From: Candidatus Bathyarchaeota archaeon
GTDB lineage: Archaea > Thermoproteota > Bathyarchaeia > Bathyarchaeales > Bathycorpusculaceae
Direction: 5' to 3'
Assembly (NCBI GenBank): GCA_963720565.1
Contig: CAVRFW010000009.1
Span: 128,001 to 192,000 of the forward strand
DNA: 64,000 nucleotides
Numbering within the stretch: the first letter of the stretch is position 1; the number at the start of each line of letters is the position of its first letter. Below the pieces are notes generated by a model. The model was not told the origin of the DNA and ran no database searches. It saw nothing but the letters and a program-made list of their open reading frames with translations. Positions 21,493-30,515 of this stretch are shown one piece after another. The translations under genes and the position numbers were made by a program.

Positions 21493-22617
21493 ATGTTCTT
21501 CCACGTAATCCTAACGACTGAATGTAACTTGCAGTGCCGTTACTGCTTTGGTGAGACGCTTGAAGATTTCGATGAGGATTTCGCCGAAATGGATGTGGAT
21601 TATTCCCTTCCAAAAAAGGTTGCTTACGATTTCAAATTGCTTGCTAGGTTTTGCGGGCGAGATTCCGAATGTGTCTTGACTTTCTATGGAGGAGAACCCC
21701 TCCTCTGTGTTGATGAGATAAAGCAGATTATGGATTTGGCGAAGCCGCGTCACTTCATGATCCAAACAAACGGGCTTTTCCTGGATCGTTTGCCTGCTGA
21801 GTATGTTAACCGTTTTCATACGATTCTTGTTTCTATCGACGGGGAAGAGGCTTTGACCGATTCTTGCCGGGGGAAAGGCACTTTCAGGAAGGTCGTTGAT
21901 AACTTGAAGTTGATTATGCGGAACGGTTTCAGCGGAGAGTTGATTGCGAGGATGACGGTTATGGAACCAACGGACATTTACAAGCAAGTGACGTGGCTGC
22001 TAAGCAACGATGAGTTTTCGTTTTCTTCTGTTCACTGGCAGTTGAATGCTGGTTTCTGGGGAAACGATTATTCAAGGCGAGACTTCAAACGGTGGAGCGA
22101 GTCGTCCTATATTCCAGGTGTCGAAAGGTTGGTGCATTTCTGGGTTGACCAAATGGAAACGCATGGAAAAGTGGCTAAACTTTATCCCTTACTGGGAATT
22201 GCCAACTCACTCCTGCGAGGCGAGAAGGAGAGTTTGCTCCGGTGCGGGGGCGGATGGATAAACTACGCGGTGCAAACCGACGGTTACATTATTCCGTGCC
22301 CTACAATGTGGGGAATGAAAGACTACTACGTTGGACACCTAAGCAATGCGAACCCGCTTACCCTCAAGAAGTTCTTCGTCGGTGTGCCATGCAGTGAATG
22401 TGAAATTCTGAATGTATGCGGAGGCCGTTGCCTCTACGCGAACATAACCAATCGCTGGAACAGAGAAGAATACGCCACAGTATGCAACACTGTGAAAGGG
22501 CTGATAAACGCCGTGAATATGGAGCTGCCGCGCATAAAACGACTGATAGGGGAGAAAAAAGTGGGCTTGAAGGACTTTGAATTCGTGAAGTACAACGGGT
22601 GCGAGATAATCCCTTAA
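21493..22617 (+). CDS. Radical SAM/SPASM protein (AF0577-like family, putative peptide-modifying)
   Basis: CNLQCRYC, GGEP, CGGG..DG.IIPCP, CSEC..VCGGRC, C-terminal YNGCEIIP. Confidence 0.85.
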   Translation: MFFHVILTTECNLQCRYCFGETLEDFDEDFAEMDVDYSLPKKVAYDFKLLARFCGRDSECVLTFYGGEPLLCVDEIKQIMDLAKPRHFMIQTNGLFLDRLPAEYVNRFHTILVSIDGEEALTDSCRGKGTFRKVVDNLKLIMRNGFSGELIARMTVMEPTDIYKQVTWLLSNDEFSFSSVHWQLNAGFWGNDYSRRDFKRWSESSYIPGVERLVHFWVDQMETHGKVAKLYPLLGIANSLLRGEKESLLRCGGGWINYAVQTDGYIIPCPTMWGMKDYYVGHLSNANPLTLKKFFVGVPCSECEILNVCGGRCLYANITNRWNREEYATVCNTVKGLINAVNMELPRIKRLIGEKKVGLKDFEFVKYNGCEIIP

Positions 22618-23351
22618 GTTCTCGAATAGTCCTTCGCCTGTTTTTCGCTCACGGGATAACTTGTATCACTCGATTTCAAAGTGGCACTTGAAACCGCGCC
22701 TATGCGCAGTCGCCTTGATTCCCTTCTTCCTTCCGCACTATCTGGCAGTCTTCGGATAGCTATATCGTTTCCCTCTTGAAAGTCTTAACTTCGTAGCAGT
22801 TTAGCTTGGCTAATCTGTGCGTACTCAGCAATGTGTGCTATCGATCGCTAGGGCCGCTATAGTGGGCACTCGCGAAATCGCTAATTTTGTTAAGTGCCTA
22901 TTCTTGGTTATTTTAGGTTTTAGGCTATTGAAACATGGATTTTTTGGATTTTATCCAATTTTTAAGGCTATTTTCGTTTTATAAGACTAAGATGGGCTCT
23001 GAAGGCATGTGGACACACGACACATCGAGGTATCGAGTGGAAAACCTCATGATAGTGTTCTTCTGGTTGGGTTGTCTGTTCTTTTTGGTCTTTTCGTGCT
23101 TCATACTTGTGTGGGTAGTTGAATGTTATTGGAAGGCTTTTCTGTTGTGCGGTTGTCTCATTGTTAATAGCCCGATTGTGCTGTGTTTCACATCAAGGTT
23201 TGTGGAAATATGTTTCAGCAATTTCTTCTTCCATCCACTAACGCGAAACGAGCAAGAAGAAGAAAAACGGCCGAGGGACTGTATTGCTTCTGTTCTTTTT
23301 CTTCTATTCTACAGAGTGTATTCTTTGTAGCAGTATCCCACTGATTTTGAT

Positions 23352-23511
23352 GGGCGACTACTACCAGCTTGGATTGTGCGGAAGCCTGTATTGTCCGCTT
23401 GAGCCTGGTTTCACACCTGCAAAAATCCGACTCACACTTTTTGTTCTTCATGTTCTTTTCTTGGATTTATTGGTAGTAGTCGTCTTCTGATTTTCTTACG
23501 GGACGACTACT
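23352..23511 (+). repeat. Three-part inverted repeat system (alternative hairpins)
   Basis: CGACTACTACCA (23355-66) pairs with TGGTAGTAGTCG (23471-82); AGTAGTCGTC (23475-84) pairs with GACGACTACT (23502-11). Confidence 0.75.
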
Positions 23512-23687
23512 TTCAGTTTAGTTTTTAGTATACACTCGAACTAGTTGCTGTGTTCCTTCGCCAACAGCATCCTAAATCTATTTCTTTTACCTCTATCCAT
23601 GGTCCAGCCTCTGACGCCGTTTGGAGCATAGTCTACCACAGGTCCACCGATGAAGGTTCGAATCCGATTAATTGCTTGAGCCCTTTC

Positions 23688-24396
23688 TCATAGCAAGAAA
23701 CTTCCCAAGGCATACCCGACAATTATTATTCCAATCAATAGGAAAGCAACTCCGAAACCCTTGGTCAGCCACTCGCCCTTCTCGGATATTCTTTGAGTTA
23801 TCAGCTTACGCGTGGTTGTCAGCACAGTGCTAAGAAAAATCACTGGTAACGCATGGCCCAGACCGAACATGAGAAGCAACAGTCCTCCATGGAAAGGAGT
23901 CGGGGCAGTAAGCATTGTTAAGAGGACCGCAGGCAAGACAATCGAAAGGGAGCATGGGCCTAAAGCCACAGAAATCACCACTCCAAATAGAAAAGAGCTA
24001 ATGGCGTAGTTGTATTTGGAAAAACGTGTTAGTGCAGTCAGTTTTAAACTGTTGGTACGTTCATTTATGGTACTTCCTACTCCGGTTTTCAATCCAATCT
24101 TTTTGAAAAAGCCAAGGTTGTTGAGGCCGAAAAGAATCAGGAGGACACCCGACGCACCTAAGAACAACTGATAGTTAAGTAATTCTAATGGAACCAGAGA
24201 GGTTATTGCGAACCCGATTAAGAAGAAGACTAAACACATGGCTGCTGCAAAGCTGCTGCCGATAATGAAGCCCTTTAAGGCGTTTTTGCCAATTCCAACA
24301 GAGTAAGCTAAGATAGACTGATATCAAGGCGATTGAGCAAGGCGACAGAAAAGTCGCGATTCCCAGAAAGAATAAGCTTGTGTAAGCCTCAAGCAC
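23688..24396 (-). CDS. ccdA: CcdA/DsbD-type transmembrane disulfide reductase, frameshift near 24310
   Basis: FLSPCS and LGPCS motifs; FGLGHALP. Confidence 0.85.
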
Positions 24397-24403
24397 GTTA
24401 CCG

Positions 24404-25111
24404 CTAAGCCTCTAGTAACTGATTAATTTTTGAGGATAGGGTATTTGCGTCTACGCCGCCGCTGAAGACCTGTGCAACATTGAAGTTTTTGTCGATTAGA
24501 ACGATGGATCCGTCTCCAATTTCATAGGGTACATAAGCGTTAACGATGTCAAGTACACTGTCAGCGTAGTCATTTCCCAAGGGCCAGGTAACACCGTAAT
24601 TAGAGCGTATTTGATCAAGTGCACTGTTTTCGCATGTAGCCACGGCAACTGTTAGGAAACTGGCTGACTCATTGCCTTTGCCGCAATAGCTGGTGCAGAC
24701 GCTTTTTATTTGAGCAAGCTGATACTCGTTCACTGGGTATATTTGTCCTCCGCAGCCAACCGACATGAAGTGGATTCCGATTACCTTGTCATTAAACTGG
24801 CTTAAGGCTACTGAAGTTCCGTTAATATCTGCGAGCGAGAAATTGGGCGCTGACCCTGTGGTTGGGAGGTCATTGTTTGTGCCACCTATTGTTGGAGGTT
24901 TTTGTCCTTCATAATACTGCCATATACCATAGGCTGTTAACACCAAAACAATCAGAGCCACTCCGTAGAATATTCTTTGCACCTGGAATTTTTGTGATTT
25001 TTTCTTCTGATTGCGTTCGTTTTGTGCTTGATATGCTTGCTGAGCCCTCTGTTGTTTTATTTGCCTTTCACGTTGTTTTGCCTTGAGGCTCTTCTTCTCT
25101 TCTTTTGGCAT
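24404..25111 (-). CDS. Membrane-anchored redoxin (TlpA-like) without canonical CxxC
   Basis: Basic N-terminus, one TM, APNFSLADING..LSQF; CGGQ at the CxxC position. Confidence 0.7.
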   Translation of the reverse strand: MPKEEKKSLKAKQRERQIKQQRAQQAYQAQNERNQKKKSQKFQVQRIFYGVALIVLVLTAYGIWQYYEGQKPPTIGGTNNDLPTTGSAPNFSLADINGTSVALSQFNDKVIGIHFMSVGCGGQIYPVNEYQLAQIKSVCTSYCGKGNESASFLTVAVATCENSALDQIRSNYGVTWPLGNDYADSVLDIVNAYVPYEIGDGSIVLIDKNFNVAQVFSGGVDANTLSSKINQLLEA

Positions 25112-25150
25112 TGTCTTTCACCGCGCATGATTCTGTTTAGAAGATATAGC

Positions 25151-25174
25151 ATAATAAAATTTAAATATTGTTCT
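25151..25174. promoter_or_regulatory. Candidate ArsR operator copy
   Basis: ATAATAAAATTTAAATATTGTTCT between divergent genes. Confidence 0.6.
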
Positions 25175-25233
25175 ACACTTGAGTAGAAACGCACTGAGAA
25201 AGTCAAAAGGTAAATCGAAGGGAGACATTTGCA

Positions 25234-25491
25234 ATGGTAAGAACAGTGAATTTGGAAGTTTTTATTCCCACAGATAAATGCGCTTGTCATTATACAGATT
25301 TCACGCAAAAAGTTTTTCAAGCCATAGAGCCTCACAAAGACATGGTTAATGTAGAGATTAAAAGGCTTAATTCACCTGACAGCGTCAAGTATGGGATCAA
25401 AGACTTAGCCATAGTCATAAACAAAAAAACAGTATTGTCTGCCAGTTTCAAAGAAGAAGAACTCTTGGATTTAATATCACCGTACTTTTAG
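25234..25491 (+). CDS. Small thioredoxin/glutaredoxin-fold protein (CxC)
   Basis: EVFIPTDKCAC..., KYGI..AIVIN. Confidence 0.6.
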   Translation: MVRTVNLEVFIPTDKCACHYTDFTQKVFQAIEPHKDMVNVEIKRLNSPDSVKYGIKDLAIVINKKTVLSASFKEEELLDLISPYF

Positions 25492-25558
25492 ATGATATGA
25501 CACCTTCAGTTGCATTTCATTCATGGTGCAGTACCGGACAAAATAGGGCGAAAACAAA

Positions 25559-25893
25559 ATGGGTGAAGGCCATGTCAGGGTTAAGAGCTGGGAGGAATTC
25601 AAACGGTTAGTAAGAGAAAAGAAACCAGGCTCGATCGTGTTTATTCTGGAACAAAATGGCTTCTCGCCAAATAAGGAACTTACCTTGCTCAGACTCATTA
25701 TGCTCCATGATAGACGCTACTACATTTTCATAGACTCTCCCGGAGGCGGAGAACACGCTTAGAGGAACTGGGCTTCCATTTCACAAAGACAAGAATGGAA
25801 TCCCCAACTTGGATGAGGATGAAGTCAAAGCGTTTCTTGAAAAAGAGTTCGGGAAAGAGAACGTGAGAAGTTTATTCATTCTGGACAATCTAG
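25559..25893 (+). CDS. Hypothetical protein, frameshifted, end approximate
   Basis: ORF 25559-25762 continues as FHKDKNGIPNLDEDEVKAFLEKEFG in another frame. Confidence 0.55.
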
Positions 25894-25997
25894 CGCAATT
25901 TAGTAAAACCCGTGATCTATGAGGCTCTAGCGCGGTACTGAATAGTGACAAAATTTAAATGTTGATTTTCTCGTTACCGCTAAAATGAAGACGGGTG

Positions 25998-26316
25998 ATG
26001 ACAGTGTCTGAAGAAATGTTTCACGGCGTTGCCAGAAGTAAGATACCCTGGTATCCTGTTATAGACTATGAAAAATGCTTAAGCTGTGGAAAATGTGTAA
26101 GCTTCTGTAAACATGGCGTGACTTGAATCTGAAGATTTCAACGGTAAAAAGAAGTCAATAGTCAAGAATCCAAACAACTGTATTGTATACTGCAATGAAT
26201 GTGACAAGATCTGCCCATCTGGTGCCATTAAGCATCCTTCAAAACTGGAAACAGGAAAGATCATTAGCATACTGCGAAGGGCAAGAACCGTCAAAAAGGC
26301 ACACAATCAGTCCTGA
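25998..26316 (+). CDS. 2x[4Fe-4S] ferredoxin, paralogue of 28953-29246, one extra base near 26121 (not in the ORF track)
   Basis: KIPWYPVIDYEKCLSCGKCVSFC then NCIVYCNECDKICPSGAIKHPS in the next frame. Confidence 0.8.
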
Positions 26317-26431
26317 ATAGTTGCCAGTGCCTAAAACAGGATGACTGAGCTTGTAACCGCGAGAGTAACATAAGCGGCAGTCACAGGTCTGATAGAAGGC
26401 GTGTGTGCATTTTGTCTTGGGAATCTGAGTT

Positions 26432-27085
26432 TTAGGTGTCGCTCATGCCATGGACTCCAATTCCGTACCACATGAAAACTTTAGCAATAACTGGAATTAT
26501 GACTCCGGCAGCCATACGTGTTAGGACGGTAAGCAAGAAGGCATCCATTCCAGTCATCACGTTTGAAGGCGAAAGTTGAAACATCCCAAAAAGCAACACG
26601 CCACCCACAGTTGTAGACACTACTCCGGCGATGACCATTCTGCGAAAGTTCTCAGAACGTTTGTTCAAAGCTCCAGCCATATATCCTATCAGCATAGCGC
26701 TGAGGAGCCAGCCAAGCATGGTTGGGCCAAAACCCATGGTTCCAAAATGACCAGTGGCTTGAGATGCCCCGCCAAACTTGACGGCAAACCACATCGCGTA
26801 GATGCTGCCTAATAGAAAGCCTGAGGCGCCGCCTGCCCATCGGTTCCAGACAAGCCCAAGCAACAACGGAACCGCAACGATGATGACTAGTTCCTCAATT
26901 TCGCTTATTATTCCAAATACAATCCCAAAAGATTCGAATCCTCCCCCTTGGCTCATCAGGAAGGGCGTTACCTGTGAAAGACCAACTATAACCAAAATCA
27001 CGACAAGAGGCGCAATAATCCCGTAGATGATGTCGCTTCGATTCCAATCTTTCCATCCTAATGTCCACAAAATGCACACTCTCAT
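26432..27085 (-). CDS. Multi-pass membrane protein of unknown family (paralogue 1)
   Basis: VAVPLLLGLVWNRWAGGASGFLLGS; GALNKRS. Confidence 0.75.
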   Translation of the reverse strand: MRVCILWTLGWKDWNRSDIIYGIIAPLVVILVIVGLSQVTPFLMSQGGGFESFGIVFGIISEIEELVIIVAVPLLLGLVWNRWAGGASGFLLGSIYAMWFAVKFGGASQATGHFGTMGFGPTMLGWLLSAMLIGYMAGALNKRSENFRRMVIAGVVSTTVGGVLLFGMFQLSPSNVMTGMDAFLLTVLTRMAAGVIIPVIAKVFMWYGIGVHGMSDT

Positions 27086-27110
27086 TTCAGTTTCATATTC
27101 CGTTTGACTG

Positions 27111-27530
27111 CTATATAGTTATCTCGGGTTTAATTACTAATTCAGCTTTTATTGATTGGGCTACAAGACTGAACTTTTCTGCTAACGTTAGAGCACGTCT
27201 AACCGCCTTTTCTCCGCAGTCACGAACTTCTATCTTTGGTCTAAGCACTATCTTTTTGAAAACCGAAGTGCGATCTAGCAGTTCCTCAACGAAACCTTCT
27301 GCTTCACATTCGTAGGAGACTAAGTCAATCTTCAATTTTTCAACGCTCCAGATGAACATCAACTGGAAACACATATTCAAAGCCCCTACGAAGGCATCCT
27401 CAGGCGTAAGCACATTAGGTTGACCATATAATGCCTCTGGCGCTGAGAAATCCATTTTCGCGCCATTGCTACACGTTATTTCTCCTGCGTGACCGCCCTT
27501 CCACGTGGTTGTTGTCTTGTATGAAGTCAT
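27111..27530 (-). CDS. OsmC/Ohr-family protein
   Basis: TPEDAFVGALNMCF; AEKFSLVAQSI at the second-Cys position. Confidence 0.85.
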   Translation of the reverse strand: MTSYKTTTTWKGGHAGEITCSNGAKMDFSAPEALYGQPNVLTPEDAFVGALNMCFQLMFIWSVEKLKIDLVSYECEAEGFVEELLDRTSVFKKIVLRPKIEVRDCGEKAVRRALTLAEKFSLVAQSIKAELVIKPEITI

Positions 27531-27536
27531 ATCCCA

Positions 27537-27941
27537 TCATCTACCTCGCGCACAGATATCATCCATAGCAGCTGCAATTTCTTCAGCCACCTTCGAGGCT
27601 GCTTCTTTTCCCTGTTCATTTAGTTCTCGCCTTGAACCGGTATCCTTCACATCCCATTTTTTCAGCAGATCGGAAACTATTATTGAACGTGCTGTTTTTC
27701 CACTGTACTTCTCTATAGCGTGCCCGGCGCATCTTTTCTCGCAGCCCTCAACCGCTATTGTTGGAAAGAGCTTGGCGAACATTCGCTCACCCTTCTCTCC
27801 AATTGAGAAAAGAGGAAGACAGATCGTTACAGTATTATCCGGTCTTAATTTTTCTAATACAAAACGAGTGGCTATCCTAGAGATAGTTCCTTCAACGCAA
27901 CATTCGCCACTGCAGGAGACAACTCCGATCTTGCGATGCAC
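27537..27941 (-). CDS. DGC-domain (putative zinc-binding) protein
   Basis: SCSGECC, TICL, VEGCEKRCA. Confidence 0.85.
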   Translation of the reverse strand: MHRKIGVVSCSGECCVEGTISRIATRFVLEKLRPDNTVTICLPLFSIGEKGERMFAKLFPTIAVEGCEKRCAGHAIEKYSGKTARSIIVSDLLKKWDVKDTGSRRELNEQGKEAASKVAEEIAAAMDDICARGR

Positions 27942-28352
27942 TCATGAAACAACACCTTTATGGTTCAATTCATCTACCTTCGATGCAATCTTCTCAGCCA
28001 ATATCCGAGCTAGTTTTCGTCCGTCCTCGTCAAGAAAGGTTACATCGTTAGGTTTCAGGTTCCTGTTTTCCCTGAGGATGTCGATTACTCTGAAATTTGC
28101 GACTAATTTGGCATCTGAGTGTTCAAGGCTTTTCTTAGCACATTCATTAGGGCAGCCGTCGACGGCTATGCATCTGTGAGATTTGACCGAGAGTTTGGCA
28201 TCTTCATCCCCCATTACAAGGAGGGAGAGACAGATGGTGTCTGTTTCACCCTTCTTCAGGTCTTCGACAACGCAGTATGTTGCCTCTCTGCTGATGGTTC
28301 CGAATGGTTTTCCTATGCCACTGCATGGAATGATGAAGAAAGGATCAGACAT
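27942..28352 (-). CDS. DGC-domain (putative zinc-binding) protein
   Basis: IPCSG, TICL, VDGCPNECAKK. Confidence 0.87.
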   Translation of the reverse strand: MSDPFFIIPCSGIGKPFGTISREATYCVVEDLKKGETDTICLSLLVMGDEDAKLSVKSHRCIAVDGCPNECAKKSLEHSDAKLVANFRVIDILRENRNLKPNDVTFLDEDGRKLARILAEKIASKVDELNHKGVVS

Positions 28353-28355
28353 ATC

Positions 28356-28817
28356 TTATGCCTCTCTTTTACTCTTCTCATCTTTGATCTTTGATTTCAT
28401 TAATTCAAAATATTTTTCTGCAGTCATAAGGTACCGTTTGTCTTCTTCAAGATGGGAGGGGGAGACTAAGGCTATCCAACCTTCGCCATAGGGGTCCTCG
28501 TTAATCAATTCAGGCTTATCCTTAAGCATGGTGTTGACTTCTGTGATGACACCGTCGAAGGGAGAGGCTATGGACACGATTGCCTTTATTGTTTCGAAAC
28601 TCGAGATCTCCTCATCTTCTCGTTTTACAGTGGTTCCCTTTTTGGGGAGGGCAAAAAACGTAACATCTCCGCTTCGTCTTTGAAGGAAGTCTGTTACACC
28701 GATTTGAGCTTCGCCGTCCTTAATCTTAGTCCAAACATCGTTCTCGGTGTAGAGAAGCCCCTTCTTCACATTGAAGATGAACTTGTCGGCTACTTCTTGA
28801 TAGAAATCGTCGCTCAT
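28356..28817 (-). CDS. gcvH: Glycine cleavage H-like lipoyl carrier protein
   Basis: IGVTDF, ETIKA (lipoyl Lys), SPFDG, INEDPYGEGW. Confidence 0.9.
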   Translation of the reverse strand: MSDDFYQEVADKFIFNVKKGLLYTENDVWTKIKDGEAQIGVTDFLQRRSGDVTFFALPKKGTTVKREDEEISSFETIKAIVSIASPFDGVITEVNTMLKDKPELINEDPYGEGWIALVSPSHLEEDKRYLMTAEKYFELMKSKIKDEKSKREA

Positions 28818-28874
28818 TTTTATCAGCCCAATATATTAGCGCATCGCCTGTTTGACGGCGGTTATTTCCAAAAG

Positions 28875-28902
28875 AAATAAGAATATTTAAATATTGTTAT
28901 TT
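28875..28902. promoter_or_regulatory. 28-bp palindrome, candidate ArsR operator
   Basis: AAATAAGAATATTTAAATATTGTTATTT (one mismatched pair) between divergent operons. Confidence 0.7.
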
Positions 28903-28952
28903 AACGCATATTTGCCAACAAGAAAGCACTGTGAAAACAAGAGGCGACACTT

Positions 28953-29246
28953 GTGAAAGAAGAAAAATTTGAAGGCGTCCCTCGAAACAAAATACCATGG
29001 GCGCCAAAGATAGACTATGAAAAATGTATTACTTGCGGAAAATGCGTAGACTTCTGCCACAATCGCACGTTCGAATTTGAAGAGAAAGAAGGCAAGAAGA
29101 GAACCGTCGTGAAGGACAAGAATGCGTGTGTTGTATTTTGTAGAGGCTGCGAAGATATTTGTCCTGTCGGCGCCATCACGCATCCTTCAGAAAAGAAAAC
29201 CCGAAGAATAATTGAAAAACTGAAGAAAACCAAAGCTAAACCGTGA
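28953..29246 (+). CDS. 2x[4Fe-4S] ferredoxin
   Basis: CITCGKCVDFC and CVVFCRGCEDICP. Confidence 0.9.
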   Translation: MKEEKFEGVPRNKIPWAPKIDYEKCITCGKCVDFCHNRTFEFEEKEGKKRTVVKDKNACVVFCRGCEDICPVGAITHPSEKKTRRIIEKLKKTKAKP

Positions 29247-29280
29247 TATTGACTCTAACAAGAATGGAAGGTGGATCGAT

Positions 29281-29661
29281 TTGGTTGATACAGATGGTCC
29301 TTGGTTTCCAATAATTTTTTCCGAAAAGTGCGATGGGTGTGCTGGAACTGGAAAACCCCGTTGCGTAGAATTCTGCCCAAATGGAGTTTTCACGATTGAG
29401 GACGGAAAAGCGATAGTTGCTTATCCAGCTAAGTGCGGCGGCGATTGCAGTACAATTCATTGTTCAGCATGTGCTCCTCTATGTCACAATAAGGCTATAA
29501 GCTTCCCAATAGGAGCTGGACACGATGCGAAGTTGATGGCGTCGGATAAAAAGGATCTCATCCGAAAAACTACATGTGAAGCATGCAAAAAACAGTATTG
29601 GACAAATAGAGAGGATAATATTTGTTTTGATTGCGAAAAGAATCGGAGCCCCCTGATTTGA
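29281..29661 (+). CDS. Ferredoxin-like protein with C-terminal Cys4 zinc-ribbon-like tail
   Basis: CDGC..CVEFCP, CSTIHCSACAPLC, CEAC..CFDC. Confidence 0.8.
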   Translation: MVDTDGPWFPIIFSEKCDGCAGTGKPRCVEFCPNGVFTIEDGKAIVAYPAKCGGDCSTIHCSACAPLCHNKAISFPIGAGHDAKLMASDKKDLIRKTTCEACKKQYWTNREDNICFDCEKNRSPLI

Positions 29662-29733
29662 TCGTTTGGGGTTCAAAAGACACTACAGCAGATTTAACTA
29701 TGAGACTACATTTGTCTATGACCGTTAACTAAG

Positions 29734-30502
29734 GTGGTTTATCTGAAAGATAAGAAGGTAAAGCAGACCGTCAAAAAGGCTTATGCAAAAATAGCCTCAG
29801 AAAGCCAATCTTGCTGCAGTAGCAGCTGTTGCGGTGACCAGATTAGTTCAAAGGAAATATCAAAGAGCATAGGTTACTCAGAAGAGGAAATAAACGCCGT
29901 TCCAGGAGCCAACTTGGGTTTAGGTTGTGGAAACCCCACAGCCCTTGGAAAAATAAAGGAAGGCGAAATTGTGCTTGACCTCGGAAGCGGAGCAGGATTC
30001 GACTGTTTTATCGCAGCGAAGAAAGGTGGGCAAATCAGGTAAGAGTAATCGGCGTCGATATGACCAAAGAAATGATTAAGAAAGCAAGGATCACTTGCAA
30101 AGAAACACGGATATACTAACGTAGAGTTCAAGCTCGGCGACATAGAAAAACTTCCAGTTGAGAATGAATCAGTGGATGTGATAATCAGTAACTGCGTCAT
30201 AAACCTCGCCCCAGACAAGTTAAAAGTCTTCAAGGATGCATATCGAGTGCTGAGAGAAAGGGGCAGAATGTACATTTCTGACATCGTTCTTCTAAAAGAA
30301 CTCAGTGAGTCACAGAAGAACGATGAAGGGCTTCTCTCGGGCTGTGTCGCAGGTGCTTTGCTCAGAGATGACTACCTCAAAAAGATCGAAAAAGCAGGTT
30401 TTAAAGTAAAGGTTCTCTCTGAAGACAAAGACATTAGCGAAAGACAATACAAAGGAATTGCACTCAGAAAGCATTAAGCTCGAAGCGACAAAAGCGATGT
30501 AG
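29734..30502 (+). CDS. arsM: Arsenite S-adenosylmethionine methyltransferase, several frameshifts
   Basis: [41 protein letters not shown]. Confidence 0.9.
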
Positions 30503-30515
30503 ATCTAACTTTTTG

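Noticed and set aside
22935..23490. ORFs 22935-23330, 23215-23451 and 23284-23490 as proteins
   Set aside because: Phe/Leu/Cys-rich translations expected from T-rich DNA, mutually overlapping, with no recognisable motifs.
23652..23668. GGTTCGAATCC as a tRNA T-loop or att remnant at the island edge
   Set aside because: The T-stem pairs for only 2 bp, there is no acceptor stem or cloverleaf, and no integrase is in the window.
26121..26126. In-frame TGA in the ferredoxin as selenocysteine readthrough
   Set aside because: Homology to the paralogue continues in a different frame and the TGA is not at a Cys position.
27505..28179. 224-aa plus-strand ORF and the many similar antisense ORFs in the track
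   Set aside because: Shadows of well-supported genes on the opposite strand.
28875..28902. AT-rich palindrome as a dif site
   Set aside because: It recurs at other promoters in the island, including arsR, which fits an operator better than a single-copy dif.
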